From a virus (lineage: Duplodnaviria; Caudoviricetes), in the IMG/VR virus record IMGVR_UViG_3300048599_000735, positions 1-38,797 of that record: DNA of 38,797 nucleotides. The stretch is one strand, 5' to 3'. The position numbers and the translations under genes were made by a program. Below, piece by piece: positions 16,445 through 25,501 of this stretch; within the stretch, counting starts at the first letter, position 1, and every line of letters starts with the position of its first letter. The notes beneath the pieces are model-generated. The model made no database searches and was not told where the DNA came from. It worked only from the letters and a program-made list of their open reading frames with translations.

Positions 16445-19400
16445 GTGGCCGACCAGGAACTGTTAATCGTCGTCCGCATGCGCGACGAAGCGTCGGCGGT
16501 GCTCGACAAATTCGCCGCCGCCGTCGGCAAGCAGGGTCGCGCGTTGGGTGACGCCACCAAGGCGGCCGACGCCTTTGCCGCCGCCATCGGCAAGATCGGC
16601 ACGGCGAACACCAATGCCCTCGGCCCGACGAACAATCTGATCGGCGCTCTCGGCAATCTCAATACGGCATTGAATGGTCAAGGCGCGGCGCTGCAGCAGA
16701 CGGCGAACTGGGCCACGGCTGCCAAGAACGCATTCGCGACGCTGGGCGCGGGCATCCTCAGCGCGACGTCGAACGGTTCGGCAATCACCAACATGGCCAA
16801 TGCCGGATTGCAGCTCGGCCGCAATCTTGGGGCAGCCGCAACTGCGGCGCAGACGTTTGGAGGAGCAGTCAGCCGCATTGTGACCGCCGGTGGACCCTTG
16901 CCGGGCCAGCTCAGAGCGATCACCGTTGCGCTTGGGCCATTGGTCGGCCGTCTCGGGAATGTCGCCGCGGCCTACGTACAGCTCGTCGATGCGGCAGAAC
17001 CCCTTGTGGCCAAGCAGGACGAGCTGATGCGGCGGCTCAGCACTCTCGCCGGTGGGAGGTCGGACGCCGAAGCGTTTCTCAAAGGCATCAAGAAATACGC
17101 CGACGAAACCGGCATCAGTATCGACGCTGCCAAAGAGAAGGCGATCCAGTTCGCCAAGGCCGGGAGCAAAATCGGTATCTCTGCTGGCAATACACTCGGC
17201 GTCGCCGTAACGGCGGAGCAACTGACACAGATTTCGGGTGCTTCGCCACAAGAGGCGGAGGCTGCCAACAAAGCTCTGCAGAGTGTATTGTCATCGACTA
17301 AAGTCGAAGCGGCGGATCTCAAGACTATCCTGGCCAGTGTGCCGCAGATCGCCCAGCAGATCGCGCTCGGTCTTCGCGTGTCGGTCGGCGAACTACAGCA
17401 GATGGCAGAAGCCGGTACGCTCACCGGCCGGCAGGTGTTCGATGCTCTTCGGAAGCAAAGCGCCGAGATAAACCGGAGCTTTGAAAAGCTGCCTCAATCG
17501 GTTGCAGAGAGCAAACAGCGTATCGCCAACACCATCGACGACCTGACAACCCGGTTCGCCCAATGGCTGCCGGGCGTACGTCTCTATCAGCAGGCGTGGG
17601 CTGCTGTTGCTGATGCGGTCCAAGCCGTGAGTACGGCGTCCTTTCTCGATGACAACGAAGAGTATCTGAAGAAGACAATTCAGAAATACCAAGCACACTA
17701 CGAAAAGCTAAAGAATGAATTGAAGAGGCCCGCAGGTCATACGGAGTTGGTGGCAACCGCAAAGACTCTTGAGAATTTACAGAACCGCCTGGACGAGATC
17801 GAGAAGAAGAAGGCTACGGCCCTTGCTCTAGATAAGGCGGAAGAATTCAAGGGCACTCTCATTGGTATTGAGGCTGGTCTCAACAAGCTGGGCGTTACGC
17901 TTGACGCAAAGACGGGACAGTTGGTCTCGCTTGCGGAAAGAGATGCCGCGGCCAAAGTCGCCTATTGGACCGAGGTGCGAGACCGCGTGCGGAAAGCGTA
18001 CGACGACCTCGCGGTACAATATGAAAGAGGTGAAGTATCGGCAGAGCGGGTTAAGGAAGCGCAACTCGCTTTGGAGGGCGCCAAACGCCTGTTGGCCGAA
18101 GCGACGGATAGCTTCGCCAAAGTTACGTCAGTGAGGCGTGCAGAGATCGATGCCCGAGAAGTAGAGGAAGACAAGACCGTAGAGTCGCTTAAGCGGGTGA
18201 CTTCTACCTTGGTGTTGTTCCGAGATGGCCTCGATGTCGTTGCGAAGACTGCTTTGGACTTTGCGACCGTGGCGCGGTCGCCTTTCGATCCTGCAAGCAT
18301 GAAGCCCCCGGCTTGGGCCGAGCAATTTAAGGGAGTGGGCATTGATCCGATGACGGACCCGCCCCCGGAGTGCGGTGGCAGCAATGGCGTCCAAGGCTCG
18401 GGCTCGCTGAAGTCTTTACGCGATGAACTCGCTGCGATTGCCGCTGCGTTGAAGGTGGTGGGCGAGGGTCCCTACGCCATTCGGAAGGCCGAAATGGACG
18501 CAAAGGCGTCACGCGTGGGCACCGTAGAGGGTGACTTGCAGAGGCAGGTGTTCGAGAAGCGGCAGGTCCTGACCGATACCATCGCGATCGACAACCTCGT
18601 GAGGGAAACCGAGCTGACGCGCCAACTGACGGCAGCGATTGGCGACGTGAACAAGCAGAATGAGATTCGCCAGAATTTCGAGATCGCCAAGAGGCTGCGC
18701 GATGCCGCTCCGGAGAAGAAGGTCGAACTTGAAAAAGTGATGCGGGACGGAAACAAAGCCCGGAAGGACAACGAGGAGGCCGACAAGGCGTACAAGGAAG
18801 AACAGAGCAAGATGGAGCGGGCGACGGCGTTCGCGCGCGAGACGTTCAAGGGCTTCTTCAACGACGTCAAGGAGGGCCTGAAGAAGGGGCAAGATCTCTG
18901 GGAGACATTCGGCAACGCCGCGCGCAATGCGCTGAACAAGATCACCGAGAAGATCGTCGACCTCGTGTCGAGCAAGCTTCTGGATCAGCTATTCGACGGG
19001 TTCGGGAGTGTTCTCGGTGGCGGCGCTGGCGGGAAGGGCATTGGTGCGGGTGCCGGCGCTGGTGGCGGCCTCGGGGGCATCCTCGGCTCTCTCTGGCAAG
19101 GATTCGTCAGTCTGTTCGCCGACGGCGGCATCATGACCGGTCGCGGACCGGTGCCGTTGCGCAAATATGCGGGCGGCGGCATCGCGACGTCGCCGCAGCT
19201 CGCGCTGTTCGGCGAGGGATCGGTGCCGGAGGCCTATGTGCCGGTGCCGTCGGGGCGCATTCCGGTCGAGCTGCGCGGCGGCCTGCGCGGGGGCATGACG
19301 GTGCAGACCAACATCAGCGTCAACATGACGGCACCGGCTGGCGGTCAGGGCTCCGGCGACGGCGGCGGGCGCGGCAACATGATGGAGCAGGCGCGGGAGC

Positions 19401-19507
19401 TCGGCGCCATCGTGACGGCCATGGTGAACAAGAACCTGCAGGACCAGATGCGGCCGGGCGGCCTGCTCAACCCCAGCGGTTCGTTCAGCGCGGGAGTGGT
19501 GCAATGA
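16445..19507 (+). CDS. Tail tape measure protein
   Basis: 1020 aa helical, Ala-rich; tape-measure domain (GELQQMAEAGTLT); C-terminal FADGG..YAGGG..GE...EAYVP. Confidence 0.92.
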   Translation: MADQELLIVVRMRDEASAVLDKFAAAVGKQGRALGDATKAADAFAAAIGKIGTANTNALGPTNNLIGALGNLNTALNGQGAALQQTANWATAAKNAFATLGAGILSATSNGSAITNMANAGLQLGRNLGAAATAAQTFGGAVSRIVTAGGPLPGQLRAITVALGPLVGRLGNVAAAYVQLVDAAEPLVAKQDELMRRLSTLAGGRSDAEAFLKGIKKYADETGISIDAAKEKAIQFAKAGSKIGISAGNTLGVAVTAEQLTQISGASPQEAEAANKALQSVLSSTKVEAADLKTILASVPQIAQQIALGLRVSVGELQQMAEAGTLTGRQVFDALRKQSAEINRSFEKLPQSVAESKQRIANTIDDLTTRFAQWLPGVRLYQQAWAAVADAVQAVSTASFLDDNEEYLKKTIQKYQAHYEKLKNELKRPAGHTELVATAKTLENLQNRLDEIEKKKATALALDKAEEFKGTLIGIEAGLNKLGVTLDAKTGQLVSLAERDAAAKVAYWTEVRDRVRKAYDDLAVQYERGEVSAERVKEAQLALEGAKRLLAEATDSFAKVTSVRRAEIDAREVEEDKTVESLKRVTSTLVLFRDGLDVVAKTALDFATVARSPFDPASMKPPAWAEQFKGVGIDPMTDPPPECGGSNGVQGSGSLKSLRDELAAIAAALKVVGEGPYAIRKAEMDAKASRVGTVEGDLQRQVFEKRQVLTDTIAIDNLVRETELTRQLTAAIGDVNKQNEIRQNFEIAKRLRDAAPEKKVELEKVMRDGNKARKDNEEADKAYKEEQSKMERATAFARETFKGFFNDVKEGLKKGQDLWETFGNAARNALNKITEKIVDLVSSKLLDQLFDGFGSVLGGGAGGKGIGAGAGAGGGLGGILGSLWQGFVSLFADGGIMTGRGPVPLRKYAGGGIATSPQLALFGEGSVPEAYVPVPSGRIPVELRGGLRGGMTVQTNISVNMTAPAGGQGSGDGGGRGNMMEQARELGAIVTAMVNKNLQDQMRPGGLLNPSGSFSAGVVQ

Positions 19508-19851
19508 CGACGACGGTTCAGTTTCCCGCCATCGACTGCACCTTCGGCACGCCGGTGAGCTATGCGCCGCGCGTGCTGAAGAACGCCTACGGCAACGGCT
19601 ACGAGCAGAGGGTGGGCGACGGGCTGAACACCGTCGCCGAGAAGTGGACGGTGGCGTGGCAGGGCATCCGCTGGAGCGAGTGCCTGGCGATCAACACGTT
19701 CCTCAAGGCGCAGAAAGGCTACCTGCCGTTCCTGTGGACGCCGCCGGGCGAGGCGCCGCTCCAGGTCAAATGCGAGAGCTGGAGCCGCGAGAAGACGTCG
19801 GGCAACACCGGCAACGTGCAGGCGACCTTCGAGCAGGTATTCGATCTCTAG
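19504..19851 (+). CDS. Lambda gpM-like distal tail protein
   Basis: P.V....YGNGYEQR..DGLN, FL..QKG..PF.WTPPG, ATFEQVF. Confidence 0.9.
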   Translation: MTTTVQFPAIDCTFGTPVSYAPRVLKNAYGNGYEQRVGDGLNTVAEKWTVAWQGIRWSECLAINTFLKAQKGYLPFLWTPPGEAPLQVKCESWSREKTSGNTGNVQATFEQVFDL

Positions 19852-19909
19852 CTTGCGCCGGGGTGGATGAACCCGGCATCCGCAGATCCAGCCCAAGGAG
19901 GGGCAGGCA

Positions 19910-22393
19910 ATGGCTCATGTCGTCAAGCTTCGCGTCAAGGACACCACCGCCAGCACGGGCACCGGCACGAAGGTGCTGGCGCGCACGTCGACGCTCAACT
20001 TCCGCACCTTCGACGCGGTGATGGCCAACGGCGACACCTGCGACGCCATCGTGATCAACCGCAGCGCCAACCAGTGGGAGCATTCCTCCTGGACGATCGC
20101 GGGCGTCGGCAGTGAACCTGCGCTGACACGACTCGAGTTCAAGGAGTCCTCGACCGGCGCGCCCGTGCACTTCACCGAAGGCACGAAAGACGTGCTGATG
20201 CTCTATCCGGTGGCGGGCAAACTGGACTTCACGGCACGGACGTTGAAGCTCGCCCCCAACATCATCGACGGCACGCCCGGCACGACAAGCGCGTTCCGTT
20301 TCTATGACGACGGCAACGGGTGGATCGGGGGGGTCGGTGTTTCCTCGGGGGCCGTCGACATCCGGTCGGGATGGAACCTCAACCTCTGGTCCGGGCAGAC
20401 TGGAAGTCAGCGGAACACGATAAGAGTCAACCAGAACGGATTGGGTATTGCCGTCGGTGCTGCCGTCGCGGCCGGCATCGAGCCGCAGGCAGCGCTCCAC
20501 GTGGTCAATCGCGGAGGCGCGCCATCCGCGATCATCACGACCAGCACCAGCACGGCTGTTCGCATCGGGCCCAACGGGGCATCGTCAGCCATCGAAGGCG
20601 TCGACTATACCGGCCTGAATGTTTGGCGCCCGCTGTTCGTCAACGGCGACGTGGTCATCCTAGGGGCGCAAGGCTACGAGGCCATGCGGATTAGCGCTAA
20701 CCGAAACGTGCTGATCGGCACGACGGTGGAGTCCGCAAAGCTCTCTATTGGCCTGGATGGCGTGGCTGATCCAAGCAATTACGGCAAGGCGATCCAGATC
20801 ACCCGTGGCCCCTCGGGCGGGCAGCAGATCGCTTTTATACGGAACGGCGCACAAGTCGCAAGCCTGGGCTATAAGCCTGGTAGCAATGCATTCGGTTTCG
20901 GCCTTGGCACCACCGTTGATGCCAACTTCTGGCCGAATTGGTTGTCGCTCAACAATGGTAATGTTGGGATCGGTATCGAGGCCCCCGGCTCCAAACTCGA
21001 TGTCATGGGGGCGACTACAGGCCTCACTGAGAACATTGTCCGCATCGGCAATGCTGGTGCCAACCGATACATGCGACTAGGAGTACATGCCTCCGGGGCA
21101 AACCAGTACCCATTCATCCAAGCCTATCATACGAACTCAGACGCCAATCCTTGGAAGTTCCTCCTCAATCCTTATGGACGCGAGGTTGGCGTAGGCGGTA
21201 TCCCAGGCGACGGCGTCTTGTTAGATGTAATGGGCGACATGAGCGGCGCGGCCTATTCGCACTTCCGCGTCATCAACTACGGCACGACCGGGGCGCAAGC
21301 TAGAACCCACATGACAGCAGGCGGCCGAACGGCCGGTAGGGTAGTCGATTACGATGGCCAGTATCTGTTTGAAGTCGGACATGGCCTAACTACTCGCTAT
21401 AGCGACTTTGATAACCATCACTGGAGATCCAACAGCGGCGCTGCGCGCATGCAATTGACTGCAGTGGGGGTAGGCATTGGTCGTAATCCTGGCGCTCCGT
21501 TGGATGTGTGGTCGTCGACTGTGGGCACGGGGTACGACTACATAGCGCAGTTCGGTGTCAACAACGGTGTGTCGGCACACACACGAATGCTGTTTGGTCA
21601 GAACGCCGTCAACTCAATGTTCTTGGAAGTGGCAAATCAGGACAATACGAAAGGCGTGTTAACACTGCAGCCGTTCGGCGGATCGGTGATCGCCGGTGGT
21701 TCCTATGCCGCCGACCGAGGTCAGTTCTCAGTACAGGCGAGTGTTGCTGGGAACTTGATGTCTTTGATCCACAACGACAGCGCGCATGCGAATGCTTATG
21801 CGGAGCATCGTATTTATGTCGGTGGGAAGTATGTCCGCCGATTGGTGGGCTGGAATGGCTCGCACCTGCAAGAGCTGGCCACTGGTGTCACCACCCGCTA
21901 TAGCGATTTCGATCTTCATAGCTGGCGAAACAACGCTGGCGCGGAACAAATGCGCCTCAGTAGTGGCGCGCTGGGTATTGGCGGGGTTCCGCTGTATCGG
22001 CTGGATGTGATTTACAACAATGATAGCTACTGCTTCTCCAGCACTCGAAACGGCAGCTTGGGTAATTGGGCCAGCGCCGGTCTTTTGTTGGATTTGTCGG
22101 CGGTACCGAATGCCTACGCCACCCTCAACTTGGTGCGAAACGGTGGCAATCCTGTTCTAGAGCTTGCAACGTTCAGTGGTGTTACAGGCGGCATTCACAT
22201 AGTGGGCAAGGCGGTGAGGTTCTTCAATTCGGCCTCCACCTTGTTGATGGCGCTCGAAAACACGGGTCAGTTGTTCATCGGTAACGCTTCGGAACCATCA
22301 ACTCCTAGCGGAGGTGGCTATCTTTTTGTCTCTGCTGGTGCTTTAAAATGGAAAGGTAGTGCAGGCACCGTCACGACAATCGCCAACGCCTAA
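19910..22393 (+). CDS. Tail fibre / receptor-binding protein
   Basis: N-terminal RVK.TT..TGTG anchor with F..GTKDV; repeated GNVGIG...P...LDV units; lower GC body. Confidence 0.8.
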   Translation: MAHVVKLRVKDTTASTGTGTKVLARTSTLNFRTFDAVMANGDTCDAIVINRSANQWEHSSWTIAGVGSEPALTRLEFKESSTGAPVHFTEGTKDVLMLYPVAGKLDFTARTLKLAPNIIDGTPGTTSAFRFYDDGNGWIGGVGVSSGAVDIRSGWNLNLWSGQTGSQRNTIRVNQNGLGIAVGAAVAAGIEPQAALHVVNRGGAPSAIITTSTSTAVRIGPNGASSAIEGVDYTGLNVWRPLFVNGDVVILGAQGYEAMRISANRNVLIGTTVESAKLSIGLDGVADPSNYGKAIQITRGPSGGQQIAFIRNGAQVASLGYKPGSNAFGFGLGTTVDANFWPNWLSLNNGNVGIGIEAPGSKLDVMGATTGLTENIVRIGNAGANRYMRLGVHASGANQYPFIQAYHTNSDANPWKFLLNPYGREVGVGGIPGDGVLLDVMGDMSGAAYSHFRVINYGTTGAQARTHMTAGGRTAGRVVDYDGQYLFEVGHGLTTRYSDFDNHHWRSNSGAARMQLTAVGVGIGRNPGAPLDVWSSTVGTGYDYIAQFGVNNGVSAHTRMLFGQNAVNSMFLEVANQDNTKGVLTLQPFGGSVIAGGSYAADRGQFSVQASVAGNLMSLIHNDSAHANAYAEHRIYVGGKYVRRLVGWNGSHLQELATGVTTRYSDFDLHSWRNNAGAEQMRLSSGALGIGGVPLYRLDVIYNNDSYCFSSTRNGSLGNWASAGLLLDLSAVPNAYATLNLVRNGGNPVLELATFSGVTGGIHIVGKAVRFFNSASTLLMALENTGQLFIGNASEPSTPSGGGYLFVSAGALKWKGSAGTVTTIANA

Positions 22394-22418
22394 CTCTCGT
22401 CCGACCAAGGAGGGTCGC

Positions 22419-22751
22419 ATGTCAGTCGCCTATACGTGGAAAGTCGAGAAGATCGAGTGCCGACCTTTTGTCGGTGAGTACGAGAACGTCGTGTCAACGG
22501 TGCACTGGCGCATGTTTGGTGCCGATGGCGAGGTGCAGGACTCGGTTTATGGCTCCGAGAAGGTCGACTTCGTGGAGATCGCCGTCTTTACGCCGTTCGA
22601 GGAACTTACCGAAGAAGGCGTGATCGGGTGGGTGCAGGACAAGCTCGGAACCGAGCGGATCGCGCTGCTGAAGACGGCACTCAACACCATGATCGCGAAC
22701 CGTATCACGCCGCCCGTCGTATCGCCGCCGCTGCCCTGGTCGGCCTCGTAA
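22419..22751 (+). CDS. Conserved phage protein adjacent to tail fibre (possible fibre chaperone)
   Basis: YTW.V, NVV..VHWR, PFE.LTE..V.GWV, C-terminal LPW; AAGGAGG RBS. Confidence 0.7.
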   Translation: MSVAYTWKVEKIECRPFVGEYENVVSTVHWRMFGADGEVQDSVYGSEKVDFVEIAVFTPFEELTEEGVIGWVQDKLGTERIALLKTALNTMIANRITPPVVSPPLPWSAS

Positions 22752-22773
22752 CGCTCCTGCCGAGAGGCACCCC

Positions 22774-23535
22774 ATGTCCTCGACCGCGCCGCATGGCGTG
22801 CTGCCGCATGGCGACGAGCTGTTTGCCGTCACGCGGCTGGCCGCCGATAGCCAGTCGCTCACGCCCGGCGATATCGTCATGCTGTTCGACATCGACACCG
22901 CGCCGATCGGCGGCACGGAGATCTGGTATCTCTGTGCCGGCCTGGTCGATGGCGCCGCGCCCGTGTGGAAGGGCAACACCTATGCGCCGCATCCCATCGT
23001 GGCCGAAGGCTTCGAGTGGGCGGGGCGCGGCCAGTTGCCCAAGCCCAAGCTCACCGTCGGCAATGCGCTCGGCCTCCTGCAGGCCGCCGTCGTGCAGTAC
23101 AATGACCTGCTTGGCGCCAAGGTCACGCGCTGGAAGACGCTGAAGAAATATCTCGACGGGCAGCCCAACGCCGATCCCGACACGCACTACATCCCCGACA
23201 TCTATCACATCGATCGCAAGGTCGCGCAGACCAAGGGCATGATCGAGTTCGATCTCTCCGCCGCGCTCGACCAGCAGGGCGTGATGCTGCCACGCCGCCA
23301 GATCATCCGCGACGCCTGCACCGAGACCTATCGCAAGTGGGACGCCGCCAAGGCCGAGTTCGTGCCGGGGACATGCCCCTATGCCGGCGCCGCGAAGTTC
23401 ACCGCCAAGGACGCACCGACCGACGCGGCCCATCTCGACGTCTGCAGCCACAAGCTCTCGGGCTGCCGGGCCCGCTTCGGCGCCGACGGCGAGCTGCCGT
23501 TCTCGGGCTTTCCCGCCGTATCGAGGACCCGCTGA
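22774..23535 (+). CDS. Lambda gpL-like minor tail protein
   Basis: P.P.LTV.N, DL.GAKVTR..TL.KYLD, LP.RQI...C, C.Y, DVC.H.LSGC..RFG Cys cluster. Confidence 0.93.
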   Translation: MSSTAPHGVLPHGDELFAVTRLAADSQSLTPGDIVMLFDIDTAPIGGTEIWYLCAGLVDGAAPVWKGNTYAPHPIVAEGFEWAGRGQLPKPKLTVGNALGLLQAAVVQYNDLLGAKVTRWKTLKKYLDGQPNADPDTHYIPDIYHIDRKVAQTKGMIEFDLSAALDQQGVMLPRRQIIRDACTETYRKWDAAKAEFVPGTCPYAGAAKFTAKDAPTDAAHLDVCSHKLSGCRARFGADGELPFSGFPAVSRTR

Positions 23536-24296
23536 TGTTTGCTGTTTCCGTAGCCATCCAAGAAGCGATCGTCGAGCACGCCCAATCGCTCGCGCCGGAG
23601 GAGGCGTGCGGCGTCGTGCTGGGCAAGGACAGTGGCGACCGCTACGTCCCGTGCGAGAACGTGGCCGAGGATCGGAGCACAGCCTTCGAGATCGACGCTG
23701 GCTTCATGGCGGAAGCGCGGGCGTCGGGCGAACTGCGCGCCATCGTGCACTCGCATCCGCACGGGCTCGACGGTCCGTCCAGGACCGACATGGAACAGGC
23801 CGCCGAGGACGACGTGCCGTGGGGCATCGTCGTGCTCGATCCCGTGCACCGGCCCAAGCTCTTCTTCTGGGGCGACATGCTGCCGGCCGCGCCCTACGAG
23901 CAGCGGCCGTTCCGTCACGGCATCGCCGACTGCTATGCGCTGGTGCGCGACTGGTATCGCCAGGAGCGCGGCCTAACCCTGCCGCTGACGCCGCGCGATC
24001 CTGATTGGTGGAACAAGGGCCAGCGCGTCATCGAGGACAATCTCCACCGCTTCGACTTCGACGAATTCGGCGACGGCGAGCCGTTGCAGGTGGGCGACGT
24101 GCTGCTGTTCCAGGTCGGCGCGCCAACGGTGAACCACACCGGCATCTATGTCGGCAACGGCCTGGTGCTGCACCACCTCACCAACCGCCTCTCGCGCAAG
24201 GACGTGCTGGGCCCGTGGAAGCAGAAGTATCACGCCAAGACGATGCGGATGCGGCCGAGTGCCGTGCAAGCGATTGCACCGGAGGGTGGGCAATGA
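23535..24296 (+). CDS. Lambda gpK-like tail assembly protein (JAB/MPN + NlpC/P60)
   Basis: PEEACG, HSHP...PS..D; DCYALVRDWY, NH.GIY.G...LHH. Confidence 0.93.
   Translation: MFAVSVAIQEAIVEHAQSLAPEEACGVVLGKDSGDRYVPCENVAEDRSTAFEIDAGFMAEARASGELRAIVHSHPHGLDGPSRTDMEQAAEDDVPWGIVVLDPVHRPKLFFWGDMLPAAPYEQRPFRHGIADCYALVRDWYRQERGLTLPLTPRDPDWWNKGQRVIEDNLHRFDFDEFGDGEPLQVGDVLLFQVGAPTVNHTGIYVGNGLVLHHLTNRLSRKDVLGPWKQKYHAKTMRMRPSAVQAIAPEGGQ
24263..24280. promoter_or_regulatory. 18-bp palindrome variant (16/18), 3' end of gpK-like gene
   Basis: CGTGCAAGCGATTGCACC. Confidence 0.5.
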
Positions 24297-24313
24297 GGTG
24301 GGGGCGCTCTCCT

Positions 24314-24406
24314 TGTCATCCTGAGCGCAGCGAAGGATCTAATGGCCGCGAGACAGCCTTGCTCTGCTTTGGTGCAATGAGATCCTTCGCTGCGCTCAGG
24401 ATGACA
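24314..24406. repeat. Host REP/MITE-like palindromic element, copy B (perfect 27-bp arms)
   Basis: TGTCATCCTGAGCGCAGCGAAGGATCT (24314-24340) and its reverse complement (24380-24406). Confidence 0.9.
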
Positions 24407-24447
24407 GAGGAAACAGCCAAGCCGACCGCGAGCCGGGAGCCCGCCCC

Positions 24448-25230
24448 ATGATGCGCCAGGTCTATCTCTACGGCGCGCTGGGCCGGCGCTTCGGCTATCG
24501 CCACCGGCTCGCGGTCGACACCTTGCCCGAAGCGATCTGGGCGCTGTCGGCGATCCGTCCGGGATTCAAGGAGTATTTCTTCCGCGGCCCCGCTTATGCC
24601 TTCGTGAAGGGCGCGACGCGGCACGGCGGCATCGACCTCGACCTCACAGAACTGCCGATGACGCTCGGCAAACACGACATCCACATCATGCCGGCGGCGA
24701 TGGGCGCGGGCGGCGGCTCGGGCAAGACGGTCGGCAAGATCGTGTTGGGCGTGGTGATGATCGCGGGTGCGTTTTTGACTGCCGGAGCATCGCTGGCTCC
24801 CATGATCGCGTTGGATGCAGCGATGTATGGCGTCCCGGCGGCCACTTTGACGGCGACTGCAGGCGCTGGAGGCATGAGTGCCGCCATCGGTTCTGGCATG
24901 ATTCTTGGCTCAATCACCTACGGCAACATCGCTGCCGCGGGCGCGATGATGGCGCTCACCGGCGTTTCGCAGCTCATCTCGCCGACGCCGCAGGCCTCGC
25001 AGGCTGCCTACACGAACATGGAGCGGCCGGAAGCGCGGACGAGCTTCATCTATGGCGGCGCGGTCAACACGTCGGAGCAGGGCGGCCCGATCCCGATCCT
25101 CTACGGCCGCATGCGCATCGGCTCGACCCTCGTGGCGGCCTCGGTCTCGACCGATCAGATCGAGGGCACCGTCACTGCCGGCGCGCCGGGCACCACGGCA
25201 CGGCACGCCTTCTCGGGCGGCGAGCTGTAG
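24448..25230 (+). CDS. Lambda gpI-like tail assembly protein
   Basis: V.LYG.LG.RFG, EAI.AL, IHI.P, NT..QG.PIPILYG...IGS. Confidence 0.92.
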   Translation: MMRQVYLYGALGRRFGYRHRLAVDTLPEAIWALSAIRPGFKEYFFRGPAYAFVKGATRHGGIDLDLTELPMTLGKHDIHIMPAAMGAGGGSGKTVGKIVLGVVMIAGAFLTAGASLAPMIALDAAMYGVPAATLTATAGAGGMSAAIGSGMILGSITYGNIAAAGAMMALTGVSQLISPTPQASQAAYTNMERPEARTSFIYGGAVNTSEQGGPIPILYGRMRIGSTLVAASVSTDQIEGTVTAGAPGTTARHAFSGGEL

Positions 25231-25429
25231 CCGCCGTTCACTTCTCCAGTTCGATCTTGGCTGCGACCGGGCGGGCGGCGCGAGAGACATGACCCCTCCG
25301 CCCTGGTGAGACGAGGGCACCTCCCCCGATGACGGGGGAGGCGAAGCGCAAGTGGTCCGATCCCGCGCCACCGCGGCCGCGCCCGCATAATCCGCCATCC
25401 GCCGGGGCTAGCCTCGCCAACACCGCCTT

Positions 25430-25465
25430 CCCATCCGAGGGCCCATCCGAGGGCCCATCCGAAGG
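25430..25465. repeat. 12-bp tandem repeat x3 (CCCATCCGAGGG)
   Basis: Two exact copies and one with a single mismatch. Confidence 0.8.
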
Positions 25466-25501
25466 GGAGCGGGCGGCGACGGGCGGTTCTGGAGGCGCAT
25501 T

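Noticed and set aside
19525-19542. Weak palindrome matches (here 13/18; also near 1301, 17491, 21448)
   Set aside because: Too degenerate to separate from chance without a PWM scan
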